A stretch of 34,732 nt of DNA from a bacterium. GTDB taxonomy: Bacteria > Methylomirabilota > Methylomirabilia > CAVQYV01. A model generated the notes under the pieces. That model had not been told where the DNA came from. It did no database searches and was given only the letters and a program-made list of their open reading frames with translations. This document shows positions 1 through 9,414 of the stretch, piece after piece. Both the position numbers and the translations under genes were made by a program. The stretch covers positions 1 through 34,732 of the forward strand of contig JAZDMQ010000132.1 in the NCBI GenBank assembly GCA_043800755.1, given 5' to 3'. Position 1 is the first letter of the stretch. Every line of letters begins with the position of its first letter.

Positions 1-1
1 T

Positions 2-793
2 GTAGATTATGAGATCTACGGGATTCAGGATGTGATGGGTTGGGCCCCGCTGGTCGGAGGGTGCGCTGGAGACGACGGCTCGCTCAATTTCCAACCCTTA
101 CTTTTCTTCCGGGGCAAGGTATACCCTGACGCCATCGTGATTACCATCTTCTCCGGACCAGTGAAGATGGGCTATGGGTGCGGCATTGCTTATAAGCCGG
201 TAGCCGGGAAGTGCGGTGTTGTGACCGCAGGAGATGGATTCAGAGAGATCTACGAGATTGATGGAAAGCCCGCTTTGGATGTCTGGTTTGAGTGGTCGCA
301 GGCTCCGAGGGATGAGATTATGAAGAAGGGGGCCATGTTCCCCTACAACCAGTGGAGTCCTCTCGGCGTCCAGGAGCACCTCTATCCCGAGTGGATCTGG
401 ATCAAGGATCCTTTCCGCTTCATCAAGGAGAAGAATGGAGTGGGAGTGGGCGGTATTGTCCCGATCGGCACCACGATCCACCTGCTCGAGGTGACCCCGG
501 ACACGGTCATTGCGGACAACGTCAAGAGCCTGAAATATGCCATGGGCTATGAGGGAATCAACAAGGTGGCGGCCATGATCGGATTCAACTGCGTGGAGCG
601 GCTGACCATCCTGCAGACCCAGGAGGGCAAGGTCTCCGAGAACTTCAAGGCGATCATGGACGCGGTGGGCAATCCCCCTGTCGTTGGCAACGCCGGGGCC
701 TGGGGCGAGCAGATGTTCGCGCCCACCGGCAACATCGGGGCGCAGAACATGACCCTCTGCTCCCTGTTGATCGGAGATGAGCTGGTAAGCTAA
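2..793 (+). CDS. FIST N/C-domain sensory protein (5'-truncated by the window edge)
   Basis: Frame is open from base 2. FIST-like motifs: PLVGGCAGDD, IYEIDGKPALD, FNCVER, GEQ...QNMT. Confidence 0.8.
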   Translation, partial: VDYEIYGIQDVMGWAPLVGGCAGDDGSLNFQPLLFFRGKVYPDAIVITIFSGPVKMGYGCGIAYKPVAGKCGVVTAGDGFREIYEIDGKPALDVWFEWSQAPRDEIMKKGAMFPYNQWSPLGVQEHLYPEWIWIKDPFRFIKEKNGVGVGGIVPIGTTIHLLEVTPDTVIADNVKSLKYAMGYEGINKVAAMIGFNCVERLTILQTQEGKVSENFKAIMDAVGNPPVVGNAGAWGEQMFAPTGNIGAQNMTLCSLLIGDELVS

Positions 794-844
794 AAGAAGC
801 GGAGACTATTCCCGCTTCCGGTTTTGAATATCTGAATATCGTTT

Positions 845-968
845 TCGCCTCCGACCTCGTCCCTCCCCCGGGGAGGGACGGGGCGATACGGTTCAGGGAG
901 CAATTCCTGAGCCCGCCATTGCGCAAAGGAGGCCTTTCTAGGTCCAAGACTCACTCGAAAGGAGGTGA
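845..968 (+). promoter_or_regulatory. Putative structured 5' leader RNA (riboswitch-like, possibly Moco/Tuco-related)
   Basis: TCGCCTCC (845-852) can pair with GGAGGTGA (961-968), which is the SD. Internal 13-bp hairpin at 855-883 and 10-bp GCAA-tetraloop hairpin at 890-913. It lies upstream of a tungsten-enzyme operon. Confidence 0.4.
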
Positions 969-969
969 G

Positions 970-1035
970 GTGAATAGGCAAACTCGAATCGTCTCGACAA
1001 CTATGGGCAACCTTCAAAATGAAAAGGAGGTTTAG
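970..1035 (+). CDS. Putative 21-aa leader peptide/uORF (MNRQTRIVSTTMGNLQNEKEV)
   Basis: GTG at 970 follows GAAAGGAGGTGA. TAG at 1033-1035 ends 2 nt before the next start, and the uORF overlaps that gene's SD. Confidence 0.3.
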   Translation: MNRQTRIVSTTMGNLQNEKEV

Positions 1036-1037
1036 GC

Positions 1038-1799
1038 GTGTTTGATCCAAAGGAAAAGGAAAAGAAGGAGATCCAGGAGGAGCCTGAGCTCACCCAGAGG
1101 ATCTCGACCCCGACCCGGCGTGATTTTTTGAAAGGCTTGGCGATCGGCGCTGGCGGATTGGCCTTGGGCTCTCTTATGACCAGGGAGACCTCGGAGGCCA
1201 TCGACCTCGAATACTTCCCCATGAAGCAGTTCAATGCCGGCCAGCCGTTCCAAACGGGCCGCGTCGCCCACGATCCCCGGGTTTGCACGGGATGCCAGAC
1301 CTGTGAGATGGCCTGTGCCATGGCCAACCACCAGGAGGTGAATCCCTCCAAGTCCCGCATCAAGATCTACCGCTTCGAGCCCAGGGTCCACATCGGGATC
1401 GTCTGCCAGCAATGCGGCGATCGGCCCTGCATTAACGCCTGTCCGGTAGAGCCCGACGCTGAGGGCAGGAGGGCCCTGTACGAGAGTAAGGCAAAGTCCC
1501 TGGCCGTCAATGTGGCCCGCTGCACCAACTGCGGCAACTGCGTGGAGGCTTGCAAAAGCAGCCGCAACGGCAACATCTACCTGAATGCCAAAGGCATCCC
1601 GGATGGGTATTGCACGCTGTGCAATGGAGATCCCAAGTGCATCAAGGCATGTCCCCAGAACGCCCTGGCGAACGTCCCCCGCACCACCGACGGAAAGTAC
1701 GGAAACAGGCCGGCTGCGGTTCTGGCCAAGTGGAGCATCGAGACGATCTACGGCGGTCCGAAGATGATCATTGACAACGGAATCCAAGTGAAGAAATAG
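1038..1799 (+). CDS. Tat-exported 4x[4Fe-4S] electron-transfer subunit (DmsB/AorA-like)
   Basis: Twin-arginine motif TRRDFLK plus hydrophobic h-region. Four Cys groups: CTGCQTCEMAC, CQQCGDRPCINAC, CTNCGNCVEAC, CTLCNGDPKCIKAC. SD AAGGAGG. Confidence 0.9.
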   Translation: MFDPKEKEKKEIQEEPELTQRISTPTRRDFLKGLAIGAGGLALGSLMTRETSEAIDLEYFPMKQFNAGQPFQTGRVAHDPRVCTGCQTCEMACAMANHQEVNPSKSRIKIYRFEPRVHIGIVCQQCGDRPCINACPVEPDAEGRRALYESKAKSLAVNVARCTNCGNCVEACKSSRNGNIYLNAKGIPDGYCTLCNGDPKCIKACPQNALANVPRTTDGKYGNRPAAVLAKWSIETIYGGPKMIIDNGIQVKK

Positions 1800-1836
1800 G
1801 TCGGTTCCTTCCACCCGAGAAAAGGAGGTATGAGAG

Positions 1837-3627
1837 ATGCCTGGAGGATATGCAGGTACTGTCCTGGAGGTCAATCTGACCACGGGAAAGATCACCAAAA
1901 AGCCGTTAGATATGAAAGAAGCGCAGATGTTCATCGGAGGAAGGGGCCTGGGCGCGAAATGGCTGTGGGACCGCACCAAGCCGGGCGGAAGCCCCTTTGC
2001 CCCTGATAACCCGATGTGCTTCATGTCCGGCCCGCTGAACGGCCTTCCCGCTCCGGCCACCTGCCGGCTGAACATCGTGACCAAGTCGGGATCCACCTTC
2101 CCCAAGGCGAATCCCAAGACGGCGGGGATATTGCATACGAGCTGCGGAGGCCGCTTCACCCCCGAGTTGAAGTTCGCGGGATACGACGCCATCATCGTGA
2201 CCGGCGCCAGCCCCAAGCCAGTGTGTCTCGTCATCGAGGACGACAAGGTCGAGATCCGGCCAGCGGACAAGTACTGGGGGATGGGCAACTACCAATTGCA
2301 GATGACCCTGGACGAGGATTTTGGCCGGCGGTGGCGGAGCGTCTACATCGGGCCGGCCGGCGAAAACGGGGTCCGCTACGCCAATGTCATGACCGAGATC
2401 CATCGCGCCTGCGGCCGGGGCGGCTCCGGCGCGGTCATGGGCTCCAAGAAACTGAAATTCATCGTCGTCAAAGGCTCCAATTCCCTCGGCATCGAGAATA
2501 TGGACCCCTGGAAGATGGCCAACATCTCGACCCACAAGAACATGATCTCCAGCACCGGCGGCTTCAGCTGGAGCGACTGGAGGCGGCTGGGAACCGGCAT
2601 GGTGCTCTCCGGGGCCAGCGACTGGGGAATGGAGGCCTGCTACAACTTCAAGGAGGGCACCTACGATAAGATTGACGGAATGGACGGGGAGACGGCCATT
2701 CGCAACCTCTGGGTAGGGAGCGATGGCTGCTTCATGTGTCCCATCTCCTGCCTGCACAAGGGTATGGTGCGATCTGGAAAATTCCAGGGCATGACCCATG
2801 ACGGGCCCGAGTACGAGGGCGTCATGATGGGCGCCAACTGCGGGGTGCAGGACATGGCGGGATGGCAGGCCAACATCGCCGCCGCTGACGACTACGGCCT
2901 CTGCTACATCTCCATGGGCAATATCCTGGGGTTCCTCATGGAGTGCATGGAAAAGGGCGCAATCAAGCCCGCTGACCTGGATGGCATCAACCTGAAATGG
3001 GGCGATGTGGACGCCATGCTGGCGATCCAGAAGAAGGTCGCCTACGGAAAGGGCTGCGGCAAGCTCATTGGTGAGAACCTCCGGGCCATGGTAGCCAAGT
3101 GGGGCAAGGGCTGCGAGGCCTATGCCATGGAGACCAAGGGGCAGGGATTTGCCGCCTGGAACATCAGGGTCGGAGACACGCATATGAGCTACGCCACTTC
3201 CAGCCGCGGGGCGGACCACCTCGAAAGCGGCAACATCCCCACCCAGAATCTGCGCCTGATGAACGATGCCCTCGGGGTGTGCCTGTTCCCGGTGATCTCC
3301 GGCATCAAGGCGGAGGACCTGAAGGACCTGCTCAATGCGGCCACCGGCTTCAAGCTCTCCATGGAGGATTACTGGAAGACTGCGGAGCGCATCTATACCC
3401 TGGAGCGCTCCTACAACAACCGGGAGGGCTTCACCCGGGCCGACGACAGCTTACCCGCGCGGGCATGGGAGCCCCTCACCTACGGATCCCAAAAGGGAGT
3501 CAAGCTGACTCCGGAGGGATTCAACAAGGAGCTGGACGCATACTATGCCGCCCGGGGTTGGGACAACAAGGCGGTACCCACCAAGGCCCGCATCAAGGAG
3601 TTGGGCCTGGAGGGCATCGTCGGATAG
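1837..3627 (+). CDS. Aldehyde:ferredoxin oxidoreductase (AOR/WOR) family tungsten enzyme, catalytic subunit
   Basis: GYAGTVLEVNLT, FIGGRGLG, GG-F-PELKFAGYD, IGPAGEN, GRGGSGAVMGSKKLK, CxxCxxxC, PEYE, DxxGLC/DxxGVC and YYAARGWD motifs. Confidence 0.95.
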   Translation: MPGGYAGTVLEVNLTTGKITKKPLDMKEAQMFIGGRGLGAKWLWDRTKPGGSPFAPDNPMCFMSGPLNGLPAPATCRLNIVTKSGSTFPKANPKTAGILHTSCGGRFTPELKFAGYDAIIVTGASPKPVCLVIEDDKVEIRPADKYWGMGNYQLQMTLDEDFGRRWRSVYIGPAGENGVRYANVMTEIHRACGRGGSGAVMGSKKLKFIVVKGSNSLGIENMDPWKMANISTHKNMISSTGGFSWSDWRRLGTGMVLSGASDWGMEACYNFKEGTYDKIDGMDGETAIRNLWVGSDGCFMCPISCLHKGMVRSGKFQGMTHDGPEYEGVMMGANCGVQDMAGWQANIAAADDYGLCYISMGNILGFLMECMEKGAIKPADLDGINLKWGDVDAMLAIQKKVAYGKGCGKLIGENLRAMVAKWGKGCEAYAMETKGQGFAAWNIRVGDTHMSYATSSRGADHLESGNIPTQNLRLMNDALGVCLFPVISGIKAEDLKDLLNAATGFKLSMEDYWKTAERIYTLERSYNNREGFTRADDSLPARAWEPLTYGSQKGVKLTPEGFNKELDAYYAARGWDNKAVPTKARIKELGLEGIVG

Positions 3628-3667
3628 GGTATCCCTCTAATTGCCGATGCCAGATCTCAACTGAATC

Positions 3668-3702
3668 GAGGTGCCCCGGGGAGATTTTCCTCAGGGCACC
3701 TC
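3668..3702 (+). other. Intergenic hairpin (mRNA stabiliser or weak terminator)
   Basis: GAGGTGCCC...GGGCACCTC inverted repeat with no U-tract. Confidence 0.5.
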
Positions 3703-3733
3703 CCTCAAAATATGTACCAATGGAGGGAAATTG

Positions 3734-4909
3734 ATGAGAAAGAAATCCTTGTTCTTGTTTGGCATCGCGGTCGCCTTCTTTATGGTCGTCGGGGCCGCCT
3801 ATGCAGAGATTCCCGTATATCCCGTGAAAGGGAAGGTCGTCAACGTCCTGGCCGCCTTCGACAATCCAGAAGGAGCCCTCTGCTCCATGGATGGAAAATG
3901 GCTATTCGTCTCCAATTCTGCCCTCCACGGCGATGCAAACAAGCCCTTCGGCTGGGTGGAAGGTGGCGGCAGCATCAGCCGGTGTGAAATCGGGCCCAAT
4001 GGCGAGCTAAAGATGGACAGCCGCATCTTCATCAAGGACCTGACCGGCCCCTTGGGGATGGCGGTCCTGAATGTGAATACCAACAAATTCCCGCGTGGCA
4101 CCATCTTCGCCACGGCGGGCTCCGGTCCCATGGCCCTGCCCGATGGGACCCCCATCACCGATCCCAAAAGACATAAGCCCAAGCTCCTTGCCTTCGACCC
4201 GGACAGCGGGAAGATCTTAGGCGAGATCAAGCTCTGCGCCAATTCCATCTTCGCGAAGATCAACGGAGCGCCGCTCATCCTGGTGAACGCCCTGGCCTTC
4301 GACAAGAAGGGCAACCTCTACATCGTCGACACCGGCTTCGGATATGATACCTACAAGCCCGCCTTCCCCTACAAGGGTGGGGTGTGGAAGATCCCGGTGG
4401 AGAGCATCGATGCCCTGGCCGAGGGCAAGACCCCTGCCAGCCTACCCCAGTTTATCTTCAACCAGAGCTGGCCGGATGGCGTTGAGGTCTCCCCCATCAC
4501 CGGGAAGGTCTGGTACAACACCGTCATGCCCCCCAACGATGCGGATCCCTTCAAGGGGGCCTATTGGGCGGTCGACGATTCGGATTTCAAGATGGGCGCT
4601 CAGCCCGCCCCCCTGGCGAAGGGCTTGGGACGGCTGGATGGCCTGGATTTCACCGTGAGAGGCACCTGCCTCCAGACGGAGATCAGTGGCTCCCCCAACA
4701 GCATCGTGGTCACCCCCTTGGGCGGAGGACCGTATAGATTGGCCCTGGAGCCGGACACGGTGCTGAGCGGACCGGCCGACATTGACATCAAGACCCTGGC
4801 GGATGGAAGCTACCTGGTCTTCGTGCCGGAGCTGACGGCCCTCGATCCCACCCCGTGGGACGATGAAGTGACGGTCATCTGGCTCCCCGCCAACTTCGAC
4901 CAACCCTGA
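3734..4909 (+). CDS. Secreted SMP-30/gluconolactonase-like beta-propeller protein
   Basis: SD GGAGG then ATG at 3734. Sec signal MRKKSLFLFGIAVAFFMVVGAAYA. Propeller motifs FDNPEG, NALAFDKKGNLYIVDTG, PDGV, LDGLDF. Confidence 0.75.
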   Translation: MRKKSLFLFGIAVAFFMVVGAAYAEIPVYPVKGKVVNVLAAFDNPEGALCSMDGKWLFVSNSALHGDANKPFGWVEGGGSISRCEIGPNGELKMDSRIFIKDLTGPLGMAVLNVNTNKFPRGTIFATAGSGPMALPDGTPITDPKRHKPKLLAFDPDSGKILGEIKLCANSIFAKINGAPLILVNALAFDKKGNLYIVDTGFGYDTYKPAFPYKGGVWKIPVESIDALAEGKTPASLPQFIFNQSWPDGVEVSPITGKVWYNTVMPPNDADPFKGAYWAVDDSDFKMGAQPAPLAKGLGRLDGLDFTVRGTCLQTEISGSPNSIVVTPLGGGPYRLALEPDTVLSGPADIDIKTLADGSYLVFVPELTALDPTPWDDEVTVIWLPANFDQP

Positions 4910-4936
4910 GATAGACCTCGACTCCTCTCCTTCCCG

Positions 4937-4973
4937 AACAAGAGGCCCCGAGAACCCCTCGGGGCCTCTTGTT
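4937..4973. terminator. Intrinsic terminator between convergent genes
   Basis: Perfect 16-bp stem AACAAGAGGCCCCGAG / CTCGGGGCCTCTTGTT, followed by T residues. Confidence 0.85.
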
Positions 4974-5864
4974 TTATCTCCTCTCCCAGATCCTTTCCCG
5001 CGCCTGCAACAAGATGATTCCCCCCATGATCGTCCCTGCCCCCACCAATTGTTGGAGGCTCAATCGCTCGGAGAGGAAGGCCATGGCCAGGAGGAGGGTG
5101 ACCACCGGCTCCAGAGTGCTGATGATGGCGGACTGGGAGGCCCCAATCCGCTCCAGGCCGGAAAAGAAGGTGAGCACCGAGATGACCGTGCAAAGCAAGG
5201 CCATGATGGCGATGAGGGCCCAGGCCTTGGCCGGCATGTGGAAGCTAAGGCGCCGGAGGGCCAGGCCGTAGACGATAAATTGAGCCGACCCAAAGGTAAT
5301 GACCCATAGGCTCACCACCCGGGGAGGATACCGGGCCAGGATCTTGCTTCCCAGAACGATGTAAAGGGAATAGGCCATCCCTGATGCTAATGGCAAGAGG
5401 CACCAGAGGAGATTTCCCTCTCGCTGGGAGGCCCAGACCATCAGGGTCCCCCCGCCGACGGCCAGGAAGAGGGCCACGAGCTTCCGCAGCCCCAGCGATT
5501 CCCGAAGGAGCCAGACCGAGAGGAGGGTGGCCAGCGTAGGGTAGGAGGAGAAGAAGATCATCTGGGTGAGCGAGGCGGAGATGTGGAGCAGGGCAGTGAA
5601 GAAACAGAGGGCAGTGACCCCAAACCCCAGGCCGCCCATGAGAGCGAGCCGAAGCAGGTCTTTGGGTCCGACCCTCGGATAAGAACGCTGGATCAGGATG
5701 ATGGCCCACAGAAAGATAGAGGCCAGGCTGAGGCGAAAGGCCAGGAGGCTCTCGATGTTGACCCCGAGGGAGAGGGCCACCTTGCCCCAGATAGGGGTGG
5801 AGCCGAAGGCGGCAGCAGAGGTGGCGACCAGGAGAATCCCCCTCCCCCTTGCGGAAAGGGCCAT
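4974..5864 (-). CDS. DMT/EamA family transporter
   Basis: About 10 hydrophobic segments in two EamA repeats; IGASQSAIISTLEPV motif. Confidence 0.9.
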   Translation of the reverse strand: MALSARGRGILLVATSAAAFGSTPIWGKVALSLGVNIESLLAFRLSLASIFLWAIILIQRSYPRVGPKDLLRLALMGGLGFGVTALCFFTALLHISASLTQMIFFSSYPTLATLLSVWLLRESLGLRKLVALFLAVGGGTLMVWASQREGNLLWCLLPLASGMAYSLYIVLGSKILARYPPRVVSLWVITFGSAQFIVYGLALRRLSFHMPAKAWALIAIMALLCTVISVLTFFSGLERIGASQSAIISTLEPVVTLLLAMAFLSERLSLQQLVGAGTIMGGIILLQARERIWERR

Positions 5865-5865
5865 C

Positions 5866-6762
5866 TTAGACAGAGGCCCCGATAAGCCGGCGGAGGGCCT
5901 CCAGATATTTGTCCCGGGTCTTCTCGATGATCTCAGGGGGAAGCTGCGGGGCGGGGGGCCTCTTGGGCCAGTTCAGGGAAAGGAGATAGTCTCTCAAGAA
6001 TTGCTTGTCAAAGCTGGGCTGAGGGCCCCCAGGCCGGTATTGATCTTTCGGCCAGAAACGGGAGGAATCCGGGGTGAGCACCTCGTCGATGAGGATCAGC
6101 CTTCCGTCCAGCAGGCCCATCTCGAATTTGGTATCGGCGATGATGATCCCCTTCGCATCGGCGATCCCCCGGGCCCTTTCATAGATCCGGATACTCACCT
6201 CTCGCACCTTCTCTGTCCGCTCGCCTCCCAGGAGGCGCTTCACCTCGGCAAAGGTGATGTTCTCGTCGTGGGTCCCCATCTGCGCCTTGCTGGCCGGCGT
6301 GAAGATGGGCGCAGGGAGGGGTGAGGACTCCTGGAGGCCTGGGGGCAGCTTGACGCCCGAGGTCTCCCCTGCCTCCTGGTATTCCCTCCAACCCGATCCG
6401 GACAGGTAACCTCGCACCACACATTCCACCGGCAAGGGCTGGGCCTTCTTCACCAGCATGCTCCGCCCCTCCAGGACCTCGGCATATTCCTGGCAGGGGG
6501 CGGGGAAATCCTTCACCTCCGTGGCCAGCAGGTGATTCTCGATGAGGTCCTCCATCTGCTGAAACCAGTAGAGGGAGAGCTGGGTAAGGATGCGGCCTTT
6601 GTCCGGGATCGGGTCGGGCATCACCACATCGAAGGCGGAGATGCGGTCCGAGGCCACGATCAGAAGGGCATCATCCAGGTCATAGATGTCCCGGACCTTG
6701 CCCCTGCCCCGGAGACGCAGCTTGGGCAGATGGGTTTCAAAGATAGCGGTGGTGGAGGACAA
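5866..6762 (-). CDS. purC: SAICAR synthetase
   Basis: [56 protein letters not shown]. Confidence 0.97.
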   Translation of the reverse strand: MSSTTAIFETHLPKLRLRGRGKVRDIYDLDDALLIVASDRISAFDVVMPDPIPDKGRILTQLSLYWFQQMEDLIENHLLATEVKDFPAPCQEYAEVLEGRSMLVKKAQPLPVECVVRGYLSGSGWREYQEAGETSGVKLPPGLQESSPLPAPIFTPASKAQMGTHDENITFAEVKRLLGGERTEKVREVSIRIYERARGIADAKGIIIADTKFEMGLLDGRLILIDEVLTPDSSRFWPKDQYRPGGPQPSFDKQFLRDYLLSLNWPKRPPAPQLPPEIIEKTRDKYLEALRRLIGASV

Positions 6763-6776
6763 TCTCTCTCTTCTCC

Positions 6777-7001
6777 TTATCCTTCCTTCTTCGAGTTGCC
6801 TTCTTTCGTTTCCTTCGTCTCGCCCTCAGAGACCTTATTCGGGGTCACATCGATGGCATCCTTGCCTGCAATGGCGTCTTTGAAGCCTCGGATCGCCTTC
6901 CCCATTCCCGATCCGATCTGCGGCAGCTTTCCGGCCCCGAAGACGAGCAATACGATCACCAGGACAACCAGGAGTTCCGTCATGCCAATTCCAGGAATCA
7001 A
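6777..7001 (-). CDS. tatA: Twin-arginine translocase subunit TatA/E
   Basis: [38 protein letters not shown]. Probable TTG start at 7001 after GGAGG. Confidence 0.93.
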   Translation of the reverse strand: MIPGIGMTELLVVLVIVLLVFGAGKLPQIGSGMGKAIRGFKDAIAGKDAIDVTPNKVSEGETKETKEGNSKKEG

Positions 7002-7059
7002 TTTTTCGCCCTCCAATTGAGATTTCCCATTGAATTCAACTCACCAGAAAACGAGAGGA

Positions 7060-7088
7060 ATCATGCCATCATCCCCCCGAATTGTCAA
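7060..7088 (-). promoter_or_regulatory. Sigma70-type promoter for tatA-purC-EamA
   Basis: TTGACA-N17-CATGAT on the minus strand. Confidence 0.55.
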
Positions 7089-7118
7089 TCAAAAACCCCG
7101 CCTCTGCCATCTGCGATC

Positions 7119-9029
7119 TCAGCCATACAGGGTGCGTTCGTCCCCCACCCGGCGGGTGAGCTTGATCTCATCGAAATGCTCCAGCAGGGGGATGGCCCAT
7201 TTGCGGGAGATGCCCAGCAGATCCTTGAATTCCGAGACCGAGATGGAGGGGCGTTGCCGCAAGAGATCCAGGAGCATCCCCTTGGCCTTCTCATAACTCT
7301 CCCGGTGGAAGAGGAGGTCCCCTTTGATGACCATCAGCGTCCCTTCATCGATCAGCAGGCGGATCAGGTCCGTGGCCCGTCTCTGATCTTTGCTCCTATT
7401 GCCCACCACTTCGCCGAGGGAAGGGGGCTGAAAGCCCGCCTCCTGATAGGCCTTCTCCAAGGCCGACTTGATCTCCTCCTCTGCGGCCCCGATCTGGGGG
7501 CGATGGGAGGCCAAGCGGACCTTCGCCCTTGCTATGGCAATCTCCCCATCCTCCTTCAGATCGTTCAGGACCTTCTGAAAGAGGGCCATTCCTGGGGGAG
7601 GAGAGAGCTTGCCCCGCAGCTCCTCCTGCATCATCCCCTCCTTCAATGGCTCCTGCTGATGGAAGAGAGCAAGCTGGTGAAGGACCTGTTCCCGGATTCG
7701 GCGATAGCTCTCGCGGTGCAGATAGCCCTCCTCCTTCTCCTTGAGGAGGATGATCCTTCCCTCCAGGATCAGCCTCTGCAGATGGGTCGTTAGAGTCTCC
7801 CGATCCATTCCGATGGCCGGGACCAGGGCAGAGAGGGAAAGGGGACGGGAGGCCGAAGAGCGGAGCACCTCTTCCAGCCTCTGCCCCGGATCCCCTTCCC
7901 ACATGCGTCTCAAGGCTTCGAGGGTCTGAGGATGGCCCCGCCGATGCCGTGCCGGATCGCAGTCCAGAATCTGCCCTCCCCCGATGGTGATGGCCGGAGA
8001 GTAGCTGCGGAGGACAAACCGATCCCCGGGCAAGGGGGCAACCGGGGCCTCCAATCTGATCTGCAGGAAGGTCTCCTCTCCCGGGGCGATCTCCTGTGCC
8101 TCCAGGGGAATGATCCGGGCCAGGACCTCGGCGGTGCCCGAATGAAAACGCACGCGGGAGCGGACCTTCAGCGGACGCGGTGAGGACTTAAGATGAATGA
8201 AGCGGATGTCCAACAGGGAGGTGGGGCGGAGCTGGCCGGGGAGGCTGAGGACATCGCCGCGGCTCACCTGAGCCAGTTCGATATTGGGAAGGTTGACTGC
8301 GGTCCGCTGTCCGGCGCAGGCCTGCTCCACCGAGCGATTGTGGACCTGAAGGCGGCGGACCCGCGTTGCAAGGCTTCCGGGGTAGATCTGCACCTCCTCA
8401 CCCACCTGGATGCAGCCGGAGAGGAGGGTCCCGGTAACCACGGTGCCGAAGCCTTTGATGGTGAAGGCCCGGTCAATCGGCAGGCGGAAGATCCCGGCGG
8501 CTGGCCGCCCCTCCAGGGAGGAAGCCAGGGCAGCGAGGGCCGAGGTCAGTTCCGGCAAGCCCTCCCTGGTGACCGCAGAGCAGGGGATGATAGGAGAGCC
8601 CTCCATGAAGGTGCCCTTCAGGAAAACCTCCACCTCGCCCCTCACCATCTGCAGCCATTCGGCATCGACCAGGTCCGATTTGGTGATCGCCACTAGACCC
8701 TTCCTGATCTGGAGCAGCTGGCAGATGTCCAGATGCTCCTTCGTCTGGGGCATGATCCCCTCGTCCGCGGCGATAACGAGGAGGGCCAGGTCGATCCCCC
8801 CCACCCCGGCGAGCATGGTCTTCACGAATCGCTCGTGGCCCGGCACATCCACGATCCCGATCTCCAGATCCCCGGGAAGGGACAGGTTGGCGAATCCCAG
8901 CTCGATGGAGATCCCCCGCTCCTTCTCCTCCTTGAGGCGATCGGTATCGATGCCGGTGAGGGCCTTGACCAGGGCAGTCTTGCCATGATCCACATGGCCC
9001 GCCGTTCCCAAAATCACATGCCTCGCCAC
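7119..9029 (-). CDS. selB: Selenocysteine-specific translation elongation factor
   Basis: [40 protein letters not shown], and C-terminal winged helix [13 protein letters not shown]...RRVGDER. Confidence 0.97.
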   Translation of the reverse strand: MARHVILGTAGHVDHGKTALVKALTGIDTDRLKEEKERGISIELGFANLSLPGDLEIGIVDVPGHERFVKTMLAGVGGIDLALLVIAADEGIMPQTKEHLDICQLLQIRKGLVAITKSDLVDAEWLQMVRGEVEVFLKGTFMEGSPIIPCSAVTREGLPELTSALAALASSLEGRPAAGIFRLPIDRAFTIKGFGTVVTGTLLSGCIQVGEEVQIYPGSLATRVRRLQVHNRSVEQACAGQRTAVNLPNIELAQVSRGDVLSLPGQLRPTSLLDIRFIHLKSSPRPLKVRSRVRFHSGTAEVLARIIPLEAQEIAPGEETFLQIRLEAPVAPLPGDRFVLRSYSPAITIGGGQILDCDPARHRRGHPQTLEALRRMWEGDPGQRLEEVLRSSASRPLSLSALVPAIGMDRETLTTHLQRLILEGRIILLKEKEEGYLHRESYRRIREQVLHQLALFHQQEPLKEGMMQEELRGKLSPPPGMALFQKVLNDLKEDGEIAIARAKVRLASHRPQIGAAEEEIKSALEKAYQEAGFQPPSLGEVVGNRSKDQRRATDLIRLLIDEGTLMVIKGDLLFHRESYEKAKGMLLDLLRQRPSISVSEFKDLLGISRKWAIPLLEHFDEIKLTRRVGDERTLYG

Positions 9030-9123
9030 AGGCGCACCCTCCTGACGGCTTATCTATCTAACTACAGGTGGAATATAGCACGAAGGAACCTTCATTCGAA
9101 AGACCCTTGTCGGAGAAATCTGA

Positions 9124-9152
9124 TTGACCTCACTTTCTTTATCGCCTATTCT
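9124..9152 (+). promoter_or_regulatory. Sigma70-type promoter for the symporter pair
   Basis: TTGACC-N17-TATTCT. Confidence 0.5.
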
Positions 9153-9201
9153 ATCAGCTAAGCCTGAAGTCTGAGAGTGGGATTGAAGAGGAGGTGGAGG
9201 G

Positions 9202-9414
9202 ATGAATCCAAAGATGAGGATCGCCATCTTGCTTGCCATCATCAATTTCCTGGGGGCCATCTGGCCGGTGACTTTCTGGGTCAACCGCATCCGGCCTTTC
9301 GTCTTCGGTCTCCCCTTCTTTCTCTTCTGGACCTTCATTTGGATGCTCGTCTGCTTCCTCAATCTGGTCTTCTGCTACCTCCTGATTGGGAGGAAGGAGG
9401 GAGAGAGGTCATGA
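9202..9414 (+). CDS. Small membrane partner of SSS transporter (DUF3311-like)
   Basis: Two TM segments, NRIRPFVFGLPFFLFW motif, ATGA overlap with the symporter. Confidence 0.85.
   Translation: MNPKMRIAILLAIINFLGAIWPVTFWVNRIRPFVFGLPFFLFWTFIWMLVCFLNLVFCYLLIGRKEGERS

Noticed and set aside
976..1012. GGCAAAC as a c-di-GMP-I riboswitch
   Set aside because: The GAAA-capped P2 and GACGCAAAG elements do not follow it.
9177..9410. N-terminal extension of the SSS symporter in the ORF track
   Set aside because: It overlaps the DUF3311-like gene; the ATG at 9411 with ATGA coupling is the better start.
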